This document shows positions 53,833 to 64,000 of a stretch of 64,000 bases of DNA, piece by piece. The DNA lies in the NCBI GenBank assembly GCA_965235115.1, contig OZ249436.1, positions 26,104,001-26,168,000 of the forward strand, written 5' to 3'. The notes below the pieces were generated by a model. The model saw nothing but the letters and a program-made list of their open reading frames with translations, did no database searches and was not told where the DNA came from. The DNA comes from Laetmonice hystrix (lineage: Eukaryota). The position numbers and the translations under genes were made by a program. Each line of letters starts with the position of its first letter. The stretch's first letter is position 1.

Positions 53833-55350
53833 TATACATGGCCCTACAGACTTTCCTGGCGCCGGAGCCAGTCGTATATGAACATGCTGGTAGCCACTTA
53901 ATTAGAGACACCCTGTTTGTGGTCGGAAAAATAGAAATTAAATATACTTTCGCTAAATGTAATGTTGAAGGGAAGCTAAAGACCTTAGTTATCCATTGAA
54001 GTGGTCAAAGGGAAGACACAACACGTTACTTAGATGATACAGGCCACGGAGTCACTGTCCATATATGCCATCTCCCTCGGCTCCGCGTCCTTATATGGCC
54101 CTGCAGACTTTCCTGGCGCCGGAGCCAGTCGTATATGAACATGCTAGTAGACACTTAATGATTAGAGACACCCTGTTTGTGGTCAGAAAAATAGAAATTT
54201 AATATACTTTCGCTAAATGTAAGGATGTGGAAGGGAAGCTAAAGACCTTAGTTATCCATTGAAGTGGTCAAAGGGAAGACACAACACGTTACTTAGATGA
54301 TATATATACAGGCCCATCTCCCTCGGCTCCGTGTACGATATGGCCCTACAGACTTTCCTGGCGCCGGAGCCAGTCGTATAGACCCTCTATGAACATGCTC
54401 GTAGACATGTCCTGTTTGTGGTCGGATAAAATAGATATTAAATACTTTCGCTAGATTTAAGGAAAGGAGGTAAAGACCTTGGCCTAGGCAACTATAAATT
54501 TTTACTTCTATAGATCTACCTTTCAGGGGCGGATCTAGGGTAGGCTATTCAGGGCCGCGGGGGGGGGGGGGGTCCTAGGGGGGTACGTCCAGCATAAAAA
54601 GGGCAAATCGAGGGGGGCCCGTTGTAAAAACAAAAGGCATTTTGGTTATAAAAAAATTAATTTGGCAAATTTAAGGGGGGGTGGGGGGGGGGGGGGTGGG
54701 GGGGGGGGGTGTGTCCGGACGTCGCCGACACCTCCCCTGGATCCGCCACTGCCTTGTCTCCAAATTCAGTAGAAGAAACTCCTGTCCACTTGTACTCGGA
54801 ACCCGCGAATCCAAAGGGGTGGTGCAGCCCTGGGCGCACGCCCCCCTTTTATGAAGAAGTGACAAAAAATATTGGTAGGCAATATACTTTGAGAAACTTT
54901 TGCATTCCGTCACAATTTCTATCTCCAGAGGCCAGGAAATTCTTTTGCCTTTCAAATTCAAAACTATACGCCCCTCGGGCCTATAGGCCCTTTTTCTCGC
55001 CTGATATAGGCCTAGGCCTAAATCGGCCTAGGGGCCTAACCTATGATATAACTGAAGCTGCTTTGAAAACACTGTACCATCTCCCTCATGAAATATAATG
55101 GGGAAAAAAAATTGGCCAGGCAAACTCATTTGATTTGGCGAGTAGCCCTACCAATGCCAACCAGGCTACCCTATAGTGTAGCAGGACACTACGGTAATTT
55201 TAACAAGTTTGTAAAAAAACACCCAGATCTATTCTAGGTCTGGTCAGGAAGATGCATATCGTAGGGCCTACGTGTTGAATATGAAGATGGACACAATGTG
55301 CTGGGACTCAACGAGGCTTGGGGTATACTATAGTTCATCTAGAGTATACT

Positions 55351-55377
55351 ACTTCCGGCAATATATGACTTCCGGCA
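55351..55377 (+). promoter_or_regulatory. Tandem ETS-type motifs (ACTTCCGG x2) ~70-95 bp upstream of the MED9 ATG
   Basis: TACTTCCGGCAATATATGACTTCCGGC. ETS/GABP motifs are typical of animal housekeeping promoters; function is inferred. Confidence 0.45.
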
Positions 55378-55444
55378 TATTCGACTGGCTCTTAACGGAG
55401 TGAAGGTCAGGTGGACTAACCGGTCGATCGTAGCCGTAAGGGTC

Positions 55445-58400
55445 ATGGCTAATGTGGATTTGAGCTTCTTACCTCTCGTGTATGATATATTGAAGGGGTA
55501 GGTTGTATTGTGGCGAATCACGTTTTCAATGTAAACATGTTTAGCCCCCAAACGGGGGGCTTGTAATACTGTATTGTAATATGATGTAGGTGCCAGGGTT
55601 GGACAAATTATTTTACGAGTCACTGGGTCCGCACTACTTCTACTAGTCCAAAAATCCACAAATTCATGGAGTGTTTATGGAAATGTTAAGATTGCCATCA
55701 TCACTGCCATTAGCATTACTGGCCACAGACCTCCAGGTTCCTTGGAGGATGGAGGTTTGTGACCTGCTACAAGCCGGTGTCGCGGTCTCAGATCTCCGTT
55801 GGTCTCAGAACTCCGGGGGCATGGTTTCCTATTGTTTAGATGCTGAATCTGACTAAAGGCTAACACACACACTGCGACTGCTTGCAACTCCTTGCAACTC
55901 CTTGCGACGCGACCGTCGTGACCCAGTTTTTGACCCGAGCTCATCTACACAGGACGGAATGGAGTCTTGCGACCGTCGCAGAGGTTCTGGCACTGTCAGA
56001 ACGTCTGCGACGGTCGCAGGCTGTTGCAGGCCACTCATTGCCATAGCGACGGACCGTCGTGAGACCGTCGTGCGACGGGTAATCGCATTGTGTGTGTTGG
56101 CCTTAAGTGAGCACGCGCGAGTCGCTGTTTGGGCTCACACCTCCGGTCGTCTGCTAGCTGATGGGCGGTGGAGTTTTCTTCCAAACAAGACTAAAGGACA
56201 GTCTGGATAGGTAAACTGTAAACCAAGTATTGTAGAGGAGATGAGAGTTATTACGTGTGACTCAACTGAGAGCTGATATTTCGGATAGTTAACGTTAGAC
56301 TAGAACACACGGCGATGCAGCTAACCTCCCGGAGTTCTGAGACCACGGAGATCTGAGACCGCGACACCGGGGCCCAGGTTTTTTTGTTTTGTGCTCACCA
56401 TGAGCTGAGCTGAGCAAGGTTGAGCATAGTCCGGCGGGTTGCACTAACGGTCCTACAGGTTAGGACTGAATTTAGGACAGGTCCTACTGAGTGTCATGCC
56501 CCCTAAGCACTTCATATCTATTTGAGTTTGAATAGCCCTTGAGATATAAAAGTTGACGAATTACATTTAAATTATGGATATTGGCCCCTGTTGAATGTAT
56601 GACTGGTCCTAAATTCAGTCCTAACCCGTAGGACCGTTACCACCCCAGGAACCTAGACCCTGTTCTGCGGAACAGTCCTATTGTCATCACTCAGATACTG
56701 TGACGTCACAATACTTTTGGAACTCTTCTAGATTTAAAGAGACGCGTCACTTTTCTCAGTGGCGCCACCTCGTGGCAATTGACGAACTCTATTTTTACAC
56801 GTTGCAACGCGTTTTTTACGTCACTCATGCTGTCAACAACACGGCAATGCAGAGGCAGAGTCAAGTCTGGCCGCTTCGCATCCCAGAAACAGTTTGACAA
56901 AAGGCTTCACGATGCCAGAAAAATGTACTTGACTATGTGTTTTAACATTGGAGTCTATGGGACCGATAAGACCCTTGGTAGTGAAAATGTCGATATCTCA
57001 TGAATTTCCATGGTGACATATGATTTTTTTTAATCTAAAGTGTTCAAAACAAGTCATGCAACAATTCTGAGAAGTATTTTCAGAATCTCTGGGTTAGAAA
57101 TGTCTGAAAAAAATCTTCTCTCTTCTAATTCGAACCAAAAATTTCACGTATCTCTCTCTACTGTAGACTGTAGTAGTGCGAGTTGAAGGCCTATCTTCAA
57201 ATGCTCATAACTCAGGATCCGATATGGTGACCTGCCATTTTCTTTGCACCAAAATACTCGAAAAATGTAGAATTATTTTATGTGAAAGTAGCCTGAAAAT
57301 CTCTGGGTCAGAAATTTTTGGCTTATTGGTGTCGAGTCCCTTTAATCAAGAGTGCCTCATTTCTAACGTCACAATAGTGGCAGACATGCCTTGTGCCAGT
57401 GGCCACAGTGTCACAATGGCATGGGACACAGTGGACATTGTCAACGTTTTTTTAAGCAACAGGCTCTTCTAGAAATCTTTTTTAATTTCAGAAACGATAT
57501 TTGCACGCTTGTGGAGATCAACATTCCACTTCCCGTGGTCAAAATAAGTAACAGAAAGGAAGAAAAAAATTATGTAAATTTGACTGAAATTCTCCCTTGC
57601 TCACCACACCTTGAGACAGGTTCTTAACTTGCTCAGGCTGACATGCTCACTGTCAGCTTGCTCACCGTGAGCACACCTCACGGAAAAAAAAAACAAACCG
57701 AAACCGGTGAGCATGAGCTCATGCTCACCCTTGCTCACGTTGGAAAATTTTATAAACAAAAAAACCGGGCCCTGGTCCTGACAGTGACAGATCTATACCA
57801 CCTGTCAATGACAGTAGGTTTAACCAAGAGTGGGCAAGAGTCCGTCGGACTACCATTGATATATTTTCACAAGTCTGAAGCAATAATAGGCAGGTCCCGG
57901 ACCTCGGGCTAGTGGATTTGTCCAACCCTGGGTGCTAGAGGGCGAGCCCAGCAATGGGAGGCCTACAATATATACTATAAGTATAATATAACAATGTCAG
58001 GACTGGTCACTTAGCAGCACGGACGTCGGGATATTGTGGCGTCACAGTGAATAAACACTCACTGTGACGTCACAAATCACACACGCTCTGCAAGGGTCAC
58101 ATGACCCTCCATGGAGAAAGTTTCTCCATGGATTTGCTCCATGGTTTTTCCGGTTCCGGTTTTACGTGACGAATTTTTTTTGTGAGACGGTATGTGTCAC
58201 CTTGGCTACCCTTTCACGCGTGTTGTCAGAGAGCTTGCTGCGCGGCTCGCTGCGCTCGCTATAACATAACATGCTGTAACGTCATAGGACCCTAATTCGC
58301 CACCAAAAACAATATATTTACCGATACTCATAATTGAACAATTATTTAAGTCATGATTGTTGCACCCTCAAATGTAAAAATTCCGTTAAATGTAAAAACA

Positions 58401-61400
58401 CAGGACTTCATATGTAACAAATATTTAGGACAAATGTGAAAACGTCTGTCAAATGTGAAAAAATCTACCGCATAATGTAAAAACTACCTTACGTCAAATG
58501 TAAAAATAATTTACGCTAAATGTGAAAAAAATATTTTACTACATATGTGCAAAACTTTTATGACAAATGTAAAAAAGGACTTTTTACTTCGATTACCAAA
58601 GATCTATAGGTTATTACTTTATATACTCCCTCGATATATACAGTCGGCCCAGAAAATATGAATGGAAGCTGCATATTTCAGATCAGTCCCACAGAAATTT
58701 GAACTTCACCCACATCCAAATGTTAAACTAAGGAACTTAGTGGGAGGTTTCTGTTGCTGCAGTATATTGTGGTATACAGTATAAATAAGACTGAAATGAA
58801 AACAAACTTTCTTTTATGTTTAACTTTCAATATAATTTATATTTAAATATCAACAAATAATACATCAGTGCAAGTCTCGACAATGACTACATGTACTTAA
58901 GAATAAGAGTGTTAAAAGCAATTAGATAAGAAATTACCTTTGCAAGTGAACACTTGCATTTTAAAATAAAGATCAACTTATCTAACCTGAGGCCATTAAA
59001 GGAATGTTTTTCTTGAGCTAAATCATATAACTGACTGTTTTTTTCTTTTGAAATGCACGGGCATCAGGGGTAACCCAATTACTTTGACAATGTCCCTAAA
59101 GAGAAAAGTTGTATCCTCTACAGGAATCGAACCCAGGCCCTAAGATTACTGCACCCATTCGCATAGCATAAGGTGTCGACATCCATGCCCACTAGGCCAC
59201 CGCCACTCCCCTAAAAAAAGGAGCTTTGGTGGTCGAGCAGGACAATGGACCCTCCCCCCTACACACATCTTTTTGAAATGAGACGGAATCCATATTTTCC
59301 TAGTTAGAGCTACACATGATTTCTACCGAACATTGACTGTTAAGGTAATCCTGGCACTGGCGTAGACTGTATTTTTCTTTTGAAATGCACGGGCATCAGG
59401 GGTAACCCAATTACTTTGACAATGTCCCTAAAGAGAAAAGTTGTATAGTCCTCTACAGGAATCGATCCCAGGCCCTAAGGTTACTGCACCCATTCGCATA
59501 GCATAAGGTGTCGACATCCATGCCCACTAGGCCACCGCCACTCCTCTAAAAAAAGGAGCTTTGGTGGTCGAGCAGGACAATGGACCCTCCCCCCTACACA
59601 CATCTTTTTGAAATGAGACGGAATCCATATTTTCCTAGTTAGAGCTACACATGATTTCTACCGAACATTGACTGTTAAGGTAATCCTGGCACTGGCGTAG
59701 ACTGTATTTTTCTTTTGAAATGCACGGGCATCAGGGGTAACCCAATTACTTTGACAATGTCCCTAAAGAGAAAAGTTGTATAGTGTACCGCACCTGACTA
59801 GTGATTAGGCCCCTATATACCCCTCCTGACTGTACTGATTAGGCCCCGAAAATATCCCACCTCACTATTGATTAGGCCTATATACCCCACCTTACTGTAG
59901 TGCTTAGGACCTTATGTACCGCACCTGACTAGTGATTAGGTCCCTATATACCCCTCCTGACTGTTTTTTTTCTTTTGAAATGCACGGGCATCAGGGGTAA
60001 CCCAATTACTTTTGACAATGTCCCTAAAGAGAAAAGTTGTATAGTCCTCTACGGGAATCGAACCCCGGCCCTAAGATTACTGCACCCATTCGCATAGCAT
60101 AAGGTGTCTACACCCATGCCCACTCGGCTTATATACCCCACCTGACAGTAGTGCTTAGGACCTTATGTACCTCATGGACCTCATGTTAATAGCATTTAAC
60201 GGTTAGTAGCATTTTGTGGTGAAAATTTTAGGCAGATAGGCCCAAAACTCTTTTATGTGGAAACAAATCAAACATCACATGTCGAAAAAAGGCAATGCCG
60301 GAGAGCTATGCAAGTGTCACCCACCTATTTCAGTTAAAAAGGAAAAGGTGATCGATGTAACCCCCATTCTGTTCACTGTTCACACACAGCCCTTAGTCTC
60401 TTCTGGAATATCCCGGCTGACTTCCTGACTTCTTCTAGAGTAATTCCCTCCCACCTTTCCTGAATTTTCTCCTTCAGTTCATTCTTGGCGAATTTTTGTT
60501 TGTGACCTTTATAGACTTTTTCAGACAGGGAATCCCAAATGGTGCCCATGGGGTTTAAGTCGGGATTGGCCACCAGTGTTTGGCAGGGGGCATTTCATAC
60601 ATTTGACGTCACGTCATTAAGACAAAGTGGCAACAACCCTGCCTTAATTGGGACACACACCAAGAAAACTGGGTCATTAAACGCGACGGGAGGGCAGTTT
60701 TTCAGGGCAGTTCCCTGCTTAAAAGACATGCAGCTTCACGCTAATGACCCTGGTCCGGCATTGCAATTTTTGACACGAATTTTTAGAAATGGCACTATTT
60801 GTAGACGTTTTGACCCATTTATCTGAAATTTGTACCACAGACCCCAAATAACTAGCTGATATCATGTTACAAATATTATGACATTGGGGTAACAATTGTA
60901 GAAATTACAGTCAAGAAAAGAGTGTTCCAAAATTTTTAGGCCCACCTTTGACCTTGTGACGAGGTTACGACAACATCACATTGTAACCAGCACAGTGGTT
61001 AAACAGAGGATCTGGTTGGGGGTACAGGAGAGGCAAAGCTCAAACGTGACAAACCCCCAAGCTTAGGTAATTTAGGCTATTTTAGAGCCTTATCTCTTTT
61101 TTTTAATTTAAAAAAAAAAAAATTACCCTGCCTCCCTGGGGTTCATCGGCACCGCTGGTTTTCTTTGATCCCCAGCTCAATGTTGGGCAATGCTGGGCAC
61201 TGTCTGGATGCGGTCCGCCGCCCACAACCTGTTGCCTGAGCCTGTCCGCTAAGCGCTTGCCGGGGAGCTGATAGAATCAGCAGTCGATCTAGAGTAGAGT
61301 CTAGAATAAGATCTAGGGCCTAGACATCCTAAAAACAGGATCCTAAGTAATGTATAGTTTTGATCTAGGCTAATCAGTCTAGTAAAACTGACCTTGGCTT

Positions 61401-62516
61401 GACTGTACTGTAGACAGTCTGTAGACGTAGCAGTAGAGTACAGTAGCCTGGATAGTTGTACACTGCCCAGTGCAATCCTCTGTAAAATCATGTCGTGCAC
61501 ACAGCACACTTCGTCCACACTACCACAGTGTGTTCTTTCCTTGTCCTTTGGCCATTCAAATATTGTTTACTGCTAGAATGGCTGCAAAACATAGCCACAC
61601 ACCGACTCGGCATGTGGGATCTGGTAGGTCCTGACAGCAAGCGTGCCGAGCGGTGTTCTGACTATGTCGTCATGCGCCGAAGTTTGCCGAAAAGAGCCGA
61701 TTAATAGCAACCCGTATCTAGGGGCCTGTTGCTATGGAATATCAGTGCTATTTTTTGCAATATCTCAGAAATAGTGCAATGTATTTTTAAAATTCCAACG
61801 CCAACATTGTTAGGAATAGGATCTGAATTTTATTACATCAGAAAAACGACTCTGCACAAGCGCTTTAAATGCAATTTGCATGCAGTTAGTCTAAATCAAA
61901 GGCATAGCTAACGTCCGGCACTGCCCCGTATGTAGTGGCCACTTAACGTTTCAGTCCAAAACAAAGCTGACGCGCATGCACGCAGTATATATGTCAAAGT
62001 ATCACATCAGTAAACACTTGCCACATTCCTTCAGTAAGACAAGGAGCTGTCAAAAGGTTTCTGAATCTTGTGGAAATTGGTAGTTATATGTCTCTACGGT
62101 AGTGTTAAAAGTTTTGAATGTGCACTATCACATTAGTCACCTTGCAATATATGTGGACAGTCATATCATCATCATATTCAAGATGGAAAGGCCATTTCCT
62201 TTGAGAAAATGAAAAAAACCTTCATATCTAATGGTGACCCCCCTTAATAAGAAAATACCTTTTCTACAAGTCTCTTCAGTACATGTTTTCTCCCAATTTC
62301 AGTGTGGAACGAGAGCCGCATGAGGTAACACAAAAAGTAAATGATCTGAGGAACAAGTTGGACCGAGCCAGGGAACAGGTGAAGAAACTCCCAGGAATTG
62401 AGCACAGTCAGGAGGAACAGGAACGGCAAATAGAAGTCCTGCGTAAACAGTTGGTCTCAAAAACAGACCTACTGCGCCGTTATAAAAACATGTGCAACTT
62501 TGACATACCTAAGTGA
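55445..62516 (+). CDS. MED9: Mediator complex subunit 9; join(55445..55497, 62303..62516), 88 aa
   Basis: Exon 1 MANVDLSFLPLVYDILKG|GTAGGT, phase 2, joins TTTCAG|T-VEREPHEVTQKVNDLRNKL...LPGIEHSQEEQ...KTDLLRRYKNMCNFDIPK*. Matches MED9 motifs (FLPL, PGI..S.EEQ, LL..YK..C.F.IPK). Confidence 0.9.
55778..56366. mobile_element. Ginger1-like MITE with CCGG TSD (MED9 intron)
   Basis: CCGG|TGTCGCGGTCTCAGATCTCCG ... CGGAGATCTGAGACCGCGACA|CCGG; ~40-bp TIRs. Confidence 0.8.
55857..56103. mobile_element. Harbinger-like MITE nested in the Ginger1-like MITE
   Basis: TAA|AGGCTAACACACAC ... GTGTGTTGGCCT|TAA. Confidence 0.75.
56370..57772. mobile_element. Harbinger-like element (GGGCCC..GGTTTTT termini, GCTCACC repeats) with nested inserts
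   Basis: Inverted ends GGGCCCAGGTTTTTTTGTTT / AAACAAAAAAACCGGGCCC; includes a hairpin MITE at ~56436-56647. Confidence 0.55.
56738..57341. mobile_element. Kolobok-like MITE
   Basis: TTAA|AGAGACGCGTCAC ... GTGTCGAGTCCCT|TTAA. Confidence 0.65.
59037..60130 (-). repeat. ~333-bp tandem repeat containing a tRNA-like (A/B box) module
   Basis: GAAATGCACGGG at 59050, 59382, 59717, 59977. Minus strand carries TGGCCTAGTGG and GGTTCGATTCC followed by TTTT. Confidence 0.75.
60343..60573 (-). pseudogene. Tc1/mariner transposase C-terminal fragment
   Basis: NPDLNPMGTIW (cf. SPDLNPIENIW) ...ELKEKIQERW...RLRAVCEQ. A 7-bp duplication breaks the tail NGGYIDHLF. Confidence 0.8.
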
Positions 62517-62597
62517 ATATTTAACGGTATTTGCACTTCATTAACAGTTTTTCTGATTTTGTTCCCGACTTGTATCTTCACGAATTCTTAATTTACT

Positions 62598-63137
62598 ATG
62601 GATGTCAAATGTGGCGAGGATCAGCATTCTATTTTTAAAAAGGATCCTAAAGAGTGGATGCAGTATGTACACAAGGAAGTTTTGGTAACAACCACCAGAG
62701 GCATTGAACACAGTGGTTGGGTTTACACAATCGATCCTGTCTCAGAGACAGTTATACTAGTTAATTTCTGCCACCAAAATGAAAGGAAAGCCAAACTGGA
62801 AATGGTCATAGGGCATGCCATTCTTTCAATCACAGTGACAAACGAGGATGTAGAGAGGCATCGAGGGGAGATGGAAAAACTGTTCCAAGCAGAAGACATG
62901 CTCAGTATGTCGCCAGATGAACTCAAGAAGAAACGGCACCAGGTGAAATCTTGGCTGATCAAGAACAGGGTGCCTGTAGAACTATGTGGGAGGAATGGAG
63001 ATGTGCTCAACATCTCTGATGCTTTGTTCATTGAACCCCCTTATGGCTCTGACAGCTGTCGAAGTTCAAACGAAATTATTCTCGGCAGAATTCAAGGTCT
63101 TCTAAAAAATATGCCGTCCGATGTTGAGGATTGGTAG
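62598..63137 (+). CDS. GEMIN6: Gem-associated protein 6 (SMN complex), intronless ORF, 179 aa
   Basis: Motifs KDPKEW..YVHKEV, GWVYTIDPVS..VILVNF, GHAI, WLIKNRVPV, IEPPY...CRSSNEIILGRIQGL match Gemin6. Confidence 0.92.
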   Translation: MDVKCGEDQHSIFKKDPKEWMQYVHKEVLVTTTRGIEHSGWVYTIDPVSETVILVNFCHQNERKAKLEMVIGHAILSITVTNEDVERHRGEMEKLFQAEDMLSMSPDELKKKRHQVKSWLIKNRVPVELCGRNGDVLNISDALFIEPPYGSDSCRSSNEIILGRIQGLLKNMPSDVEDW

Positions 63138-63233
63138 GATTGAAAGTCAGTCTGGACAGTTGCATGTAAAATGTGTGATTTTAAGAAAAGGTCATCTGTT
63201 AAGGCATGAACGTGTTTTATGTGTAAATGAGGA

Positions 63234-63239
63234 AATAAA
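63234..63239 (+). terminator. Polyadenylation signal AATAAA downstream of GEMIN6
   Basis: AATAAA about 100 nt after the GEMIN6 stop. Confidence 0.55.
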
Positions 63240-63616
63240 AGTGATGAGTGAGCTTGGTCTTTATCACTATTAAATGTATTAACAAGGGATATTATGAAGT
63301 TTAGGGTTGTAATCTTTTTCTGTTTCATTTTTTAACCCTGGATCCATTGTTATTAAATGATGTGTTGGCGGAATTCAAGTAAAATATAGTATATATATAG
63401 GGGTTGGGGAGAAAAATTGGACTGACAGAGGTTGACCTGCAAGTGCTACCCCCTTGATCTGGCAAAAATGTATTTTTCGGGTGGGCCTTAAAATTTTGGA
63501 ACACTCTTTTCTTGACTGTAACTTCTATAATTTTTACCCCAATGTCATAATAATGATGGAACATGATACCATCTTGTTAATTGGAGCATGTAGTACAGTC
63601 TAAAAATAGGGTCATT

Positions 63617-63803
63617 TTAAAAACTGCATGTCAAATATTGCAATGCTCGACCATGCGTTTTCGGCAGAGTTGGTCCTGCTGTGTCTGGCACACGCTTTGC
63701 TTGACTATAGCTTTTTAGTCCAGTCATTCTATCGCCAAATGGGCTGGACATGGAACAAATTGCAACAGAATTTCTTTTTGTAGAAATGACATCTACATAC
63801 ACC
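63617..63803 (-). CDS. Putative terminal coding exon of an unidentified convergent gene
   Basis: Polypyrimidine acceptor TTTTTTTTCTGTGCTACTAG, then an open frame VYVDVISTKRNSVAICSMSSPFGDRM...LQYLTCSF* in non-repetitive sequence. Confidence 0.4.
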
Positions 63804-64000
63804 CTAGTAGCACAGAAAAAAAAGTCGAAAAAAAAGATGGGGAAAGAGTTTTTAAAATTGAGTTGAAAATTTGTCTATTTTATCACTTTTTGCAGCTGTT
63901 TTGAGGGGTGCTTTACCTTGTATTTCTTATTTTGTAGGCTCTGTTACTCCTATTTTAGACCAAATAATGCTCAGTCCCAATAAAACAAATCGTTGTCCCA

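Larger units (their letters stand above)
50500..54480 (+). repeat. ~260-bp satellite, right arm in opposite orientation, with two MITE insertions
   Basis: GGAGCCAGTCG at ~51697, 51963, 52223, 52482, 52740, 53864, 54121, 54366. Confidence 0.85.
47644..55391. mobile_element. Large foldback-like element, GAG...CTC termini (Sola3-like right end CTC|TTAA)
   Basis: GAGCCGGTCGTATATCGCCGGAAG at left versus CTTCCGGCATATTCGACTGGCTC at right. Symmetric inverted GGCGGATC elements and inverted satellite arms inside. No TTAA at the left end. Confidence 0.5.

Noticed and set aside
59104..59209. Intron-containing functional tRNA
   Set aside because: Acceptor stem cannot pair and there is no clear anticodon arm; kept only as a tRNA-like module.
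62283..62302. ORF-track start MFSPNFS for MED9
   Set aside because: This is the intron polypyrimidine tract and acceptor; the exon begins at 62303.
62514..62600. MED9-GEMIN6 readthrough fusion protein (the 81-nt spacer is in frame)
   Set aside because: Second in-frame stop TAA at 62589-62591.

Overview
Repeat-rich eukaryotic (animal, probably marine invertebrate) genomic DNA with spliceosomal introns; no prokaryotic features. Bases 1-4.4 kb are the distal part of an ISL2EU-type (PIF/Harbinger-related) transposon: a frameshifted DDE transposase tail plus a convergent four-exon SWIM-zinc-finger/YqaJ exonuclease gene. From 4.7 to 55 kb lies a nest of mostly non-autonomous elements: Ginger1-like, EnSpm-like, Kolobok-like, Harbinger-like, hAT-like and Tc1/mariner-like MITEs, a tRNA-derived SINE, a ~4.1-4.5 kb tandem duplication, a 3'-truncated BEL/Pao LTR retrotransposon, and two foldback structures built from satellites. 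The recognisable host genes lie at the end. MED9 has two coding exons (55445-55497 and 62303-62516; exon 1 is absent from the ORF track). It is followed only 81 nt later, on the same strand, by an intronless GEMIN6 ORF with no canonical poly(A) signal in between, making this a candidate dicistronic MED9-GEMIN6 unit. All calls were made by eye; family assignments and counts need database confirmation.
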